Positions 11,646 through 25,421 of a stretch of DNA of 64,000 nt are shown here, piece by piece. Where the stretch lies: contig OX597821.1 of assembly GCA_951406725.2 (NCBI GenBank), positions 114,328,001-114,392,000 on the forward strand, in the 5' to 3' direction. The DNA comes from Octopus vulgaris (taxonomy: Eukaryota). A program made the translations under genes and the position numbers. Below the pieces are notes generated by a model, which worked only from the letters and a program-made list of their open reading frames with translations, had not been told where the DNA came from and made no database searches. How positions within the stretch are numbered: the first letter of the stretch is position 1; the number at the start of each line of letters is the position of its first letter.

Positions 11646-12632
11646 GTTATTGTTATCAAGACAGCAGGGCAGTGAGCTGGTAGATTCGTTACCATGCCGA
11701 ATAAAAAGCTTAGCGGCATTTCGTTCGTTTTTACCTTCTGAATTCAAATTCTGCCAGCATCAACTTTGCTTTTCGTTCTTTGCAGGTCGATAAAATAAGT
11801 ACCTGTTGTGCACTGGGGTCGATATGATCGACCAGCCTCTACTCCGCAAATCTCAGGCCTTGTATCTCTAGTAGAAAGAGTTATTATCAGCATGGCGAGT
11901 TGCCAGAGTCGTTAACACATCGGACGAATTGCTTAGGGGCATTTCTTTCGGCTGTCTACGTGCTGCGTTCAAATTCCGTCGAAGTCGACTTCATTAATCT
12001 TCTTGAGTTCGATAGAATAAGTACCGCCCAAGTACTGGGGTTGATGTAATCGATTTACCCCCACCCATCAAAATTGCTAGCCATGTACCAAAATCAGAAA
12101 GAATTGTTGTTGCTCTGGTTGTTTACGTTATTGCTTTATTGTTTTATAATGCGCGGTTCTAAATCTTTCTCAGACACTTCAAGTAACAGCAAGCTGGATT
12201 TTTTTACTCTGGATGTTCTTTGATATATTGTATGAGAAGGAGATCAGAATTCTAGAGCTAAGATTCTGTTGGATTTGGAATATTTCAATTTTTAAGAGTT
12301 TTAAGGGAATCAGATATTTTCAGGTCAACAATGTTTTTCTTAGGAAGTGGGTTGTATCCAAGAAAACTTTTTTTTGTTTTTTTGTTCTGATACCCTTGGC
12401 TTTCCTGGTTGTTGGCCATATCGTGTTATAATTACAATACGAAACTGGTACCTAATTGATCGACCCCGAAAAGATGAAAGGTGGAATTTACTGAGTTCAA
12501 ATTCCGCCAAGGTCGACTTTACCTTTCATCCTTTTGGGGCCGGTGAATTAAGTACCAGTTGCATACTGGAGTCCATCTAATCGACTGGCTCCCTCCTCCA
12601 AAATTTCGGGCCTTGTGCCTAGAGTAGAAAAA
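11331..12632 (+). mobile_element. Cluster of SINE family B copies (about 11331-11545, 11665-11880, 11892-12100, 12440-12632) separated by (TAA)n/(TGA)n
   Basis: Repeated gagttcaaattccgcc..gtcgactttgcctttc..aagtaccag..ggggtcga motifs. Confidence 0.85.
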
Positions 12633-12664
12633 AGATTATTATTCTTGTTCTTGTTCTTGTTAAC

Positions 12665-12709
12665 ATTTTTTTGCTTGTGTATTTATTTATGTATTTATTT
12701 ATTTTCCAG
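12665..12709 (+). promoter_or_regulatory. 3' splice acceptor (T-rich tract + TTTTCCAG) opening the TMEM74-like exon
   Basis: atttatttattttccAG at 12708-12709, 12 nt before the ATG. An in-frame TAA (12716-12718) lies between acceptor and ATG, so upstream exon(s) should be 5'UTR. Confidence 0.65.
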
Positions 12710-12721
12710 CTATCGTAAGCG

Positions 12722-13108
12722 ATGGTCTATGCCGAAGAAGAAGAAAATCTTTTCCGAGAGGAAAATAATTTAGCCAACGCTTATGATCTGCTCTCTTACC
12801 TTGGTATCGTCTTAGTTATCATTGGTCTAATCTTCCTTTCCTTAAGTTATGTGGTACCACGTGAATACGTATTCGACATCAACAGAAAAGCCAGAGAGAT
12901 GGAGAGGATTGAGAACGAGTACAGCGACCGACGGTTCATGCTGGATATTTTCGCAACAATCGGAGCCGCCTGTGTTGGGCTGAGTGGGTTAATGGTATCT
13001 GTGATATTAACGAGACATATTTGCTCTGCAATGCATGCAGACGATAGCCCTGATGTTGAAAATGCCGACACTAAGCCGCGCTTTTTGTACGGATCTATCA
13101 AACATTAA
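12722..13108 (+). CDS. TMEM74: TMEM74/TMEM74B-like (neurensin family) two-pass membrane protein, 128 aa, single coding exon
   Basis: TM1 LLSYLGIVLVIIGLIFLSLSYVVP; loop SYVVPREY.FD....AREMERIE..Y......LD, resembling the recalled TMEM74 motif SYIVPRE...D....AREMERLE......HLD; TM2 IFATIGAACVGLSGLMVSVIL. Non-repetitive, coding-like composition. Family call made from memory, not from a search. Confidence 0.85.
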   Translation: MVYAEEEENLFREENNLANAYDLLSYLGIVLVIIGLIFLSLSYVVPREYVFDINRKAREMERIENEYSDRRFMLDIFATIGAACVGLSGLMVSVILTRHICSAMHADDSPDVENADTKPRFLYGSIKH

Positions 13109-13605
13109 TTGGAACAAACGAAACTCCACAATTCTATCTGTAAATATAAAATATATTCAACAAATGGTGAAGAATGGCAGAAATGATGCAAGGCCGGACT
13201 TAATGGCAATCAATTCCGTTCCTCTGTGTTTTCAGTTCGAATTCTTTTTAAGTCAAATTAGCCTTCCGAGATCAATAATAAAAATATTTACCAGTCATAT
13301 TCTAGGGTCGATTCAATCGACTACATCCATTCCTCGATATTTATGGCACCTGACAATTTGTCAAACGGAATTTCTTCCGTTCTCTTTGCGTTCTGAGTTC
13401 AAATATTGCCGAGATAAAATTTGTCTTTCATCATCCCGGGATCAATTAACTAAAGAACCAGATAAGTACTAGGCTTGTTATAATCCACTAACCCCTTGAC
13501 CCCTAAAATAGCTGGCTTTATGCCACAGTTTGTAACAATTATATAACAAACCAACTCGAAATGCAGTCGATGATAACTTGCTAATTACGTTGCCTGTGTT
13601 GTTAG

Positions 13606-13895
13606 TTGCTTCTCGAGCCATGCCCGGCTCATAAGGGCCGGTTTCCCGGTTTCATTGGCGTATAGGTTCCCCACCTGGACGGGACGTCGGACCGTCACAG
13701 GTGAGTTGCTAGATGTAGAAGGAAAGACTGAGAGGAAGTTGTGGAAAAAGAGTCAGCAGAAGTTTGCTATTACCTTCTGCCGAAGCCGCGTGGAGTTCAG
13801 TTGTTTTGCTCATAAACAAACACATCGCTCGGTCTGAGATTCGAACCCGTGATCTCTCGACTGCGAGTCCGCTGCTCTAACCACACGTCGCATGC
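13606..13895 (-). mobile_element. tRNA-derived SINE, family C
   Basis: Minus-strand head gtggttagagcagcggactcgc..gggttcgaatctcagacc; homologous to 28654-28909. Confidence 0.85.
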
Positions 13896-16800
13896 TTTTA
13901 CTATATGTAATACTTTTAGTATTACACATAGACCCCTTTTCGGCCTGCCTATCTATGATCCAGCTAAAAATCCAGGATGTGACAACTAAAGAGAAGAACG
14001 CTGCAACCAGCACTGTGATGGTAATTTACGGTGATCTTTCGCTTTATGAACATATAATGGTAGACAACAAACTGAAATGAAGTGAAACGGAGCGAACGGA
14101 AGTCATAATCGTTAAGAATCGGTTATAAAATAGAAGTGAAAGGTAGAAGATTTATGTGTTAAAGAGAATGAAACACATTGGATAGTTACAGTAAACTGCT
14201 GGATTGTGATTCAACTGCAGCGATGTAGCAAAATTCGTTGGTAGATTGAATATCACAAGATAGAAAGTCTATTCCTAGATATGTCATAAGTCTAAATGTG
14301 TGGCAGTTCTATTACTAGATTTGTAAAACTATCGTTAGATGGCAGATGTAATACTGTTTGTAGATATGTAGTAGATCTTTCTCGCTAAATACGCAGCAGA
14401 TCATTCCTTTCGTTGAGATTACGTCCAACACCAGTTTTACAGACGCTTTCAATGTCACGTCAGCCATTATTTCATTAATAGATAAATATTAACTTCCGCT
14501 TCATTTTATTGATTTCAAATTATCGCTGATTTATTAACGATTGTATAACATTCAGAAATTGGCGAGCCCGCAGAATCGTTAGTGCGCTGAACAAAATGCT
14601 TTTCTTCTGGCTCTCTACGTTCAAATCCTGGCGAGTTTAACTTTGCCTTTCATCCCTTTGGGGTCGACAAAACACTAGTCAAGCACTGGAGTCAATGGAA
14701 ACAACTTGTCTCCTCCCCTCGAAAATTACTGGTCATGAACCCTGCAATGGACCGACGTTCCGTTCAAAAATACTTCATCCCGGTCAGTTAAACGCCATGG
14801 CAACCGAGTAACCAGCCCTGAGAGCCCTAAGGCTCGACATACAATAATATTAGTCTATCGGTTTCATTTATTCTATTTCCTCTCATTTTGTTGTTCGCCT
14901 TTGAATTGTAAGATCGCCTGCTTTACTTATTGGCCCCGAAATGATGAAATGCAAAGAGGACTTCGACACAGATCGCAGAGAACCAAAGCAAAAACCGTTT
15001 GGTATCTTTGCCTGATTTTGTAACGATTCTGCCAACTACAATTGCATTCCTTCATACGCTTTATCTTTTTTTTCTTTTTACTGTGAAAATATATAAGATA
15101 ATAAAACAAATTTGTATTAAAATAGAAATGTTTCAGCTTAATTATTAAAAAAAATATTGCTAAAATTATTCTATTGCTATTAAAAAGAACTTTATTTTTC
15201 AAATATATTTTCTTGCTTTTGGGTATGATTTGAGGAAGATTTAATGGCTATTTCTAGAAGATCGATGAGTAAAAAGTAACCTCTTCACTGGTTTGCAGAA
15301 TGCAATGACTGTCAGGTAAAGTGAATACGGAAATATTTGCATGAAGAATTCTGCTTGAAGGTCGTTGCCTGAAAAACGCCATCCAAAACAGACTTTCCGA
15401 AAAACACTGCTTTAAAAGAAACACTGCCAGTGCAACATAGCTGTACAGTGAATGAAAAATGTTGTTTATTTTGCCTCTGTGTACAGTTTTGCTGATTTCA
15501 AGATAACGTATTCAAGTTAGTGCCCACTGTTATGCTTCTCTTTCGACCTTTCTTTACATCTATGCTGTTCATCTATCAACTCTGACATGCAATTTCCTGC
15601 ATTAGCTAAACAAGAACACGAATTATTGAATCCCGAATGGTGACTAGATTTCACTCACCAAACTAAAATGAAAATTAAAAACATTTATGCTATTTTTAAG
15701 CAACGGACTTCGGTCGTGTTTTCAGTTTAAAACTAAGTCAGATTATTTTGGTATTTAGAAACTGATGTTATATAACAAAATGTTGTTTTAAACTGACACA
15801 ATTATACGCTTCTTCATATTTTACTTTTAAAACTTCGAATAAGTGAAACTTCCAGAATAATTTTGACTGAGTAAACAACAATTATTTAATAGTAAGGCCA
15901 CTTCCAGCACTTCCTTCGTGTGTTATGAGCAGCGCTGCAGGTTTAACTGATGGAAACAGCTGCTACTCATCAAATGACAAGCCATAGAACTTGTGTATGG
16001 GATGTGATGGAATTTACAATTATTTCATAGATGTTTCAGTTTTAGTTCTTTGTTTTGTTTTTTGTTGTGAGTTTTTTTTTTCTCCCTCAAATTACTGTTA
16101 AATGTATGGTTATTTCCGTTGTTAACATGTTTTCTTTTATGATTATGCGAATGAGGAGCAATGAAAAAGCCGGAACACAAGAATGGTAAACAACATAACA
16201 AACAGAAAGAACGATTTTGATATTGGGCGTTCTTAAAGTCGCAACAGTTATTGCAACAACAGATTTATTCTCTGATTGTTTTTTTCACTCTTGTACTTCA
16301 GAAAGCTAAAATTGTGCTGATAGTACATCTATCCTAGTTCATCGCGAAGTTTGGTGCCAAAAACTAGTGATAAATGAATCAGCGATAAAGAAATCATTTC
16401 CACGCATTTTGTAATTGGAACGAAAAGTAGATTCATCGACACCAAATTCACGGCTTTCCAGTGTATTTTCTTGACCCTCTCTACCTTTTCACGTAAAACC
16501 TCGGCTCGTCTATGTCGTTTGTTAGGATTTGCTGCCTTAGAACTTTCATTGCAACTCTGGTCGCATGTTGATGTATACGAATCGATAAATTTGTATGAAA
16601 TATACGCAACTTCACAATATCATCATAGGGACTCAAACAATAAATGCTCAGGGTATACTGGGCAGCTGAGCATTGTGGGTGGCCACCGGGACGCGAATTA
16701 CACAGTACAAGCAGAATTTTCGACTAAATATCCACCCATGTTATCACAGATCAATCCGTGATGAATGTAACATGGCCCACAATGAGCGTACCGTGTTATT

Positions 16801-17232
16801 CCGAATCAGCGATGAACGAATGATTGATTAATGAGACTATATGTACTTGCTTCGGTTCTTTTCCTTTATTTTTCTTGCTCTTATTCCCGTCTTCTCATTG
16901 TTTTTCTTTTTGTTCTTTCCTTTTTTTTTTACCCTACCTGAAAACCCTACCTGAATATTCCCGAGTAAAGTCAGTTTCGTAATGTCCCATCCAGTTGGTT
17001 CTTTCACCTTTTGTTTGTCTTCTCGATTCTTGTGGGAATTCAACAACGGCTGGATCGGAAAGAATTGCATTCATATTTCCTCTCGCTTCTTTTAGCATTA
17101 TTTTACTTTCATTTACATTTCATATTTTGTTACTTTCTTATTTTGTTTCTTTTTTCTTTCCTCTACGCAGTTCGGTTAATTCATTGTTTATATATAAATA
17201 TATATATATATATCATATACCTATAATATGTA

Positions 17233-17323
<91 letters not shown>

Positions 17324-17335
17324 ATATATATATAT

Positions 17336-17662
17336 AACGGTAAGCTTTATGAAAATAGACAAAAGACGAAGGCAGGTTTACGGAAATAAACAAAAGACGA
17401 AGGCAGGTTTACGGAAATAAACAAAAGATGAAGGCAGGTGGAATACAGACAAACAATTGTATTAGTATGGCGCTCAGGAAATATAAATGAAACAAGTCTT
17501 TAACGTTTCGAGCCTACGCTCTTCAACAGAGAGATACACAGAGAAAAAAACACAGAAAGAAGGAGAGAAAATATGCGTGCAAAAGCTAGCGAATCAACAT
17601 GGCGATCTGATTTCGGCCAGAAGTCAAAGATCAAACATGAGACGCAAGAGCGAAATTAGGGG

Positions 17663-17665
<3 letters not shown>
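17336..17665 (-). mobile_element. Penelope-like pLTR stub with a 31-bp tandem repeat (17359-17438) and a hammerhead-like motif (17496-17534)
   Basis: Same family as 21192-21290 (linked to GIY-YIG) and 34455-34628. Minus strand reads CTGTTGAA-gagc(gtag)gctc-GAAA-cg-TT-aaagac. Flanked by (TA)n. Confidence 0.7.
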
Positions 17666-17700
<35 letters not shown>

Positions 17701-18185
17701 GTGTGTCAATGCATACGCGCACACATATATACATATATACACTGATACATACGTGTATATATTTTATATATTCATATATGTAAGTATGCATGTATGTATT
17801 ATGTATGTATGTATGTATGTATGTATGTGTGTATGTATGTATGTATGTATGTATGTATGTATGTATGTATGCATGTATGTATGTATGTATGTATGTATGT
17901 ATGTATGTATGTATGTATGTATGTATGTATGTATGTATGTATGTATGTATGTATGTATGTGTGTGTAATTCTGGCTTTGCTTTAACCTGTTGTTTTCGCT
18001 TTGTTTTCTATTTTGCACATTAGTCTCGCCTCCTTCGCTTCGTCACTGAAATACAATCCACTCACATGAATGATTCAGAACAGATGATATGGTATAAATA
18101 GACGACGACTGTAGCATCACAAGTTGATGATAAACATTAAAACATTCGTATAAAACAGCCATCATCAAACAATCAACAAATACAA

Positions 18186-18249
18186 GCGCTGAGAGGCGCT
18201 GAGGGGCGCTGAGGTGCGCTGAGGAGCGCTGAGGGGCGCTGAGGGGCGT
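18186..18249. repeat. GC-rich 10-bp tandem repeat (gcgctgagRN) x6.4
   Basis: gcgctgagag gcgctgaggg gcgctgaggt gcgctgagga gcgctgaggg gcgctgaggg gcgt. Confidence 0.95.
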
Positions 18250-18649
18250 TAATAGACAGACGAAGCTCAAGGGAATGCCAAAGAGGAGGAGCAAAACTAT
18301 GCGACAAAAAAAAATGTTTATGTTTACATATCGCCAATGATTAGAGGAATGAGGCATAAAGACAAGCATTACCCAGGGCTGAAAAAAAAATCTACAGAAT
18401 ATGAAAGGTGAGATGCTTTTAAATAAAGATCGGTAAAAATGATGGTTATTTAACAGAGAAAATATTATATATCTGTGTATATATATATATTCTTTTATTC
18501 TTTTACTTGTTTCAGTCATTTGATTACGGCCATGCTGGAGCACGGCCTTGAGGGAACAAATCGACCCCAGGGCTTATTCTTTATAAGCCTAGTTCTTATT
18601 CTTTGGGTCTCTTTTACTGAACCGCCAGGAATATTCTTGTGTAAGAATA

Positions 18650-18739
<90 letters not shown>

Positions 18740-18877
18740 TTGTATATATATATATAAAATTTATAAGTTTAAATTATTTAAATAATTTTTTATTTTTAGC
18801 TTTTATATTTTTAAATTAATTCTATATATTGATTTGCCTAATAGTGGTTTTATCTCTAATTTAATATAATATATATA

Positions 18878-18984
<107 letters not shown>

Positions 18985-19005
18985 ATGTATGTATGTATGT
19001 ATATT

Positions 19006-19310
19006 ATGGTTGTCTGGTTGTCGACTCCTTATGCAGAGTTTGACCACATCTTGTACCTACAGCTTAGAACCATCATGGCATCTGATGTGGCTTTTTAAAC
19101 CAGACAATGTGTTGAAAAGACACCCACAGATATTGCACATTCGATTTGGACCCCCAAGAGCTGCAGATATGGTCTGATTTTTGTGGGTCTTAAAATGTCT
19201 TTTGAGGCCTCCGTTAGATTTGCAAACCTTCTGGCATACACTACATTCAAAGGTGTGCACAGACATATAGGTAGAATAGTTGGTGGGGGTTCGTTTTCCA
19301 TGGGTTCGCA
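19006..19310 (-). mobile_element. 3' end of an RTE-type LINE with two C2H2 zinc fingers
   Basis: CSVCQKVCKSNGGLKRHFKTH and CNICGCLFNTLSGLKSHIRCH, then a stop (19057) and a short 3'UTR ending in microsatellite. No TGEKP linker; the GLxSHxR pattern is typical of RTE ORF termini. Confidence 0.7.
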
Positions 19311-19891
19311 AACATACGTACATACATATATGCATACACGCATGCACGCATGCATGCATGCATGCATGCAGACATACATACATACATGCATACATACATA
19401 AATACATACATACATACATACATACATACATACATACATACATACATACATACATACATACATACATACATACATGCATACACACATACATATGCACACC
19501 AATGAGAACATCCTGATCTTGATAGATTATTAGACCTTCAAAATACCCACCATTTAAACAATTTAATAACTCCCAGTTAACCAAGTACTATAATTCTTCA
19601 AATCTTTCAATTGTTCCAGCTTCGGTAAAGCTGCGGTCAAGCTTTAGTTTCTCTACATAAAGTTGTATTACTGAGGAAAAGAACTAGTTCTACAAATTTT
19701 CTTTTGATTTCCAGTGAAATGGATAAAGAATGCAGTCAACCTTTTACTTATCTTTACGATTCTGGTCTTTGTGAACGGAACCATTGAGACATTCATCCTT
19801 TGGCCTATTAACTGTGACGTAGCTAACAAGTTAATTCAAAAATAATCTCAATATCTGCACAAACTCTAGTTTATTTTGTCCATATAATATT

Positions 19892-20473
19892 CGTTTCTAC
19901 GCAAGGCACAAGGCCCGAAATTTTGAGAGAGAGAACCAGTCGAATAGATCGATCCCATTACGCGACCGGTATTTAATTTATCGACTCTGAAAAGATGAAA
20001 GGCAGCGTCAACCTCGGAATTTGAACTCAGAACATAAAGACAGACGAAATACCTATTTCTATTTCTTTACTACCCACAAGGGGCTAAGCACAGAGAGGAC
20101 AAACAAGGACAGACAAGCGGATTAAGTCGATTATATCGACCCCAGTGCGTAACTGGTACTTACTTAATCGACCCCAAAAGGATGAAAGGCAAAGTCGACC
20201 TCGGCAGAATTTGAACTCGGAACGTAGGGGCAGACGAAATAACTATTTCTTTACTACCCACAAATGGCTAAACACAGAGAGGACAAACAAGGACAGACAA
20301 GCGGAATAGTCGATTATATCTACCCCAGTGCGTAACTGGTACTTATTTAATAGACCCCGAAAGGATGAAAGGCAAAGTCGACCTCGGCGGAATTTGAACT
20401 CAGAACATAACGGCAGACGAAATACCGCTAAGCATTTCGCCCGGCGTGCTAACGTTTCTGCCAGCACGCCGCC
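19892..20473 (-). mobile_element. Trimeric SINE family B (one head, three bodies) with 15-bp TSD
   Basis: tgtccatataatatt at 19877-19891 and 20477-20491. Internal junctions near 20052 and 20242. Confidence 0.85.
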
Positions 20474-20752
20474 TTCTGTCCATATAATATTATATGAGTG
20501 CATGCGGACTAAATGCTCGGGGTTTAGGTATTTTTTCTAAACTAACAGCCTCGATGCACAGTTAATATAAACATGAGTTTTACTTGAAGAAAGCAGCTCA
20601 ATTGCGTTAAATGTATGTGTATAATAAAGAGTGATAAAGTGGTGTGTTGACTATAACTGTTGCGACAGATAAAAAAAAACCATGATGCTTCTAAACGTTG
20701 AAATTATTCTCATGTGGGACATAACAGCATGACGGTATGCATATATAAATAA

Positions 20753-20853
<101 letters not shown>

Positions 20854-21106
20854 TGTATGTATGTATGTATGTATGTATGTATGTATGTATGTATTATGTA
20901 TTATCTTTTACTTGTTTCACTGATTGGACTGCGGGCCTGCTCGCGCACCGCCTAGGGAATTTTTGTCGAATAAATCGACACCAATATTTTTCTAAAGTTT
21001 GCTACTTATTCTATTGGTGTCTTTTGCCGAACCGCTAAGTTACGGGGGAGGTAAACTGACAAACAACGGCTTTCATGCACTTGTAAGAGCCCAAACACCG
21101 GCACAC

Positions 21107-21191
<85 letters not shown>

Positions 21192-21193
<2 letters not shown>

Positions 21194-21678
21194 GGGAGAA
21201 TTCACAAAAAAAAACAAAAGACGAAGACAGGTAGGGTAGACAACAAACAGATGTATTAGTTTAACGCTCGGGAAGTGAGAAGGAGAGTAGGAGTTAAGAA
21301 GTAGGAGTCGGAGCAAGAGAAGAGAGGTGGTGGGAGGAAGTAGGTGTGAGAGGGAGAGTGGAGAGGGAGGGAAGTTAGATGAAGAGGAGAGGAGAACTGA
21401 GCCCATGTGACGCAAAGGAGCGAAGAGAGAAGATTAATCCCTGTTCACAGCGCAAACGGGTGTCCGGATAGCCCTTGTGCAAGGACAATCCCAACACAGA
21501 CAGGTGTTGCAAAGAGTGACTGATAGAGCGGAAACGGCGCGAGACTGGGGTGTCATTGCCGAGTTGAATGTCTCGGATGTTTTCCGCGAACCGGTCAGCC
21601 AAGCGGCGTGCCGTTTGCCCGACGTATAGAGAAGGGCAGAGAGAGCAGGAGTTGCAGTATATGACATTTGTAGAAGTG
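21192..21678 (-). mobile_element. Second Penelope-like fragment: GIY-YIG domain (about 21375-21678) + pLTR
   Basis: Manual translation gives TSTNVIYCNSCSLCPSLYVGQTARRLADRFAENIRDI...PVSRRF..ISHS..LSVLGL....R...EQGLIFSL..HGL (VIY-CxxC-YVG). Flanked by TA repeats. Confidence 0.85.
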
Positions 21679-21793
21679 TGTGTATATATATGTATATATA
21701 TATATTATAATTATTACCTTTGAAGGTTTTTTATTCCCATGCTGGCCACTTGATAAGATCGATATTTAAATTAACGATCTTATCCTTATATAC

Positions 21794-21854
<61 letters not shown>

Positions 21855-21856
<2 letters not shown>

Positions 21857-22059
21857 TAATTCCTCAGCTTTCGCGGGTGTTATGTTCCAAAACCTCCCAC
21901 ATAAATAATTAAAATCTAAAAAAAGATATATACCTATCGGCCGCAGAAACCCGCGATGTTCTGAGGAATTCGTGATATAAATTTACATATATTACCCTGA
22001 AAAATCCATGATGTACTGCGTGGGCAATAGGTGAACCACGATATGGCGAGCGATTACTG
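21855..22059. mobile_element. pogo/Tigger-like MITE (Tc1/mariner superfamily) in TA context
   Basis: Imperfect TIRs agtaattcctc.. / ..gagcgattactg|TA. The right end is the reverse complement of the start of 38276-38490. Confidence 0.6.
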
Positions 22060-23493
<1,434 letters not shown>

Positions 23494-23599
23494 CTAATTA
23501 CAGGTATTTTGTTTTTGGGGATTTGGTTTGCAACATTCTTTATGTGAGTTGATGTGCTGAAGCCTATTCTGTTGTATCTGGGGAGTGCCATTTTCTTTT

Positions 23600-23707
23600 A
23601 GTGCTTTATAATTTAACAAACGCACCGGTAAAATTTCCACATTTTAGAAAAATAAAAAAGAAATAAGTGGAAATTTTATCGGTGATTGTGTTAAATTATA
23701 AGGCACT
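23600..23707. repeat. 41-bp imperfect inverted repeat (23600-23640 / 23667-23707), MITE-like
   Basis: agtgc.ttataatttaaca..caccg.taaaatttccac versus its reverse complement. 22-bp direct repeats at 23493-23514 and 23705-23726. Confidence 0.7.
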
Positions 23708-25384
23708 AATTACATGTATTTTGTTTGTTTGTTTTTTGGCAAATATACAAATAAGAAATGAGTGCTATTCAATTTTATATTAAGCAATGTTAGCTAGATG
23801 AGATTTAAACCCAGAGTCGAAAGAAACTATGACTCTCACTGTCGAGTATTTAATCCAAATCCTACTATGTCCGCCATCTTGTCGTACATATAATCCTATA
23901 ATTCTTATGTTTATCGTTAGTATATTCATAGTATTATCTCAATGAGTGTATTACCACCATAGGACGAGTAACTTTGGAGGTATACTTTTGTGATGATGGG
24001 TAACATCAGGAAGTATGGCAGACATACAATAATCATAATTTAATTTCTATCAAATTTATTGCTGCTTATACAAAAGGAGGAAATGAAAACTAATTTTCAA
24101 AAGAAAAATATTTATTACTTTAAGATGAAATTTAATAAAACTATTTTGTTATTTGTATATATGCAATAAAAAATATGTAATTAATTTTCTAAATTTTATC
24201 AACTTAATAGCAATGTATATCATGAAAAACCGGTCTTTAAGAATACGTATTTTTCAGAAATTTTAAAGTCATTCTGCATCTTTCATGTTAACTCTTTATA
24301 TATCTTCTCTTTTTTTTATTTCCTCTCCCTCTCTTTCTCTATTCGAGGCAAAATACAACTAGAGAACCAACCGACCAACAAACCAACATTCATACCGGTT
24401 ATTATTAAGTAGAGATTATCTCACCTTCTAAAAGTTCATATAATTTATTTCATACTACGATTTTCCTTCTTTTTTCTTTTTCTTTTTTTTTTTTCATTTA
24501 TTAAATCGTGTGTAGAATGTATCATAGATTAAAACAGGTCAGTAAATTAATTATATCATTAATCTTAGATTTATAATAGTTATTAAGACTTTCAAAATGG
24601 CTGCTTTGTCATAGAATTTTCCCGTTGTACATATATAACCAGGTCACATGATGAAGTGATCAAAGTTTAATGGACACACGTCTGTTTAAGACAGATTTAC
24701 TTGAATGCGGAATAAAAGCTTCGTAGACGATATCATTAATTTTAATGAACTGAAATAAAAGGTGACATTTGAAGTTAAAATTAATAGTGTTCAATCGACA
24801 ATTACATAATTGCTAATGATGTTTCGTCATTAGCAGCTCATCTGGATTAATTGATTGATATACTGAAGCCAACGTTCAAGCCTTTTTGGTTATAAATCAG
24901 TTTCGTTTATTTAGAATTAGGTGTATGTACAGTAGTCGTAACTGACAAGGCGATTCTCTCTCCTCCCCCCTCCCCCCTCTCTCTCTCTCTCTCAATAAGG
25001 CACCTAATGAAACAACAGCTTGCAATGATAGGAAAAATACAAGCCGAACCTCTAGACCTTCCATTTCAATTATAATCGATCGGTTGTGAACGTATGCTGT
25101 CAGGCAAACTGATATTCATCTTATGAAAAATCTACGGTTATATTAATAGATTATAACTGCGGAGTCTTCTTTCACGGGGAAGGTAAACATAGTCTGGGCT
25201 AAATAACAGTAGCATTCTTCCCTTTCATGGGACTCTCACATTAAGTTGACAGCATACTATCACTTTATAGTGCTCCTACTGCATAAATATCTCTGAGAGA
25301 TTTAGAAATGTATTATTTCTATAGTCTGGACTGTTCTTAATTGTCTGTAGGTAAATTTCAATAGAAATTTAAATAAATTTCAAT

Positions 25385-25421
<37 letters not shown>

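Noticed and set aside
17359-17438. CRISPR-like 31-bp repeats
   Set aside because: The units are contiguous with no spacers, the context is eukaryotic, and they lie inside a pLTR stub.
19057-19310. Host C2H2 zinc-finger gene
   Set aside because: Only two fingers, no TGEKP linkers, no splice acceptor, and microsatellites on both sides. It fits an RTE LINE 3' end better.
24643-24766. C/D box snoRNA (ATGATGA ... CTGA with gtcac/gtgac)
   Set aside because: The terminal stem is displaced 8 nt from the D box, there is no recognisable rRNA guide, and such motifs are expected by chance.
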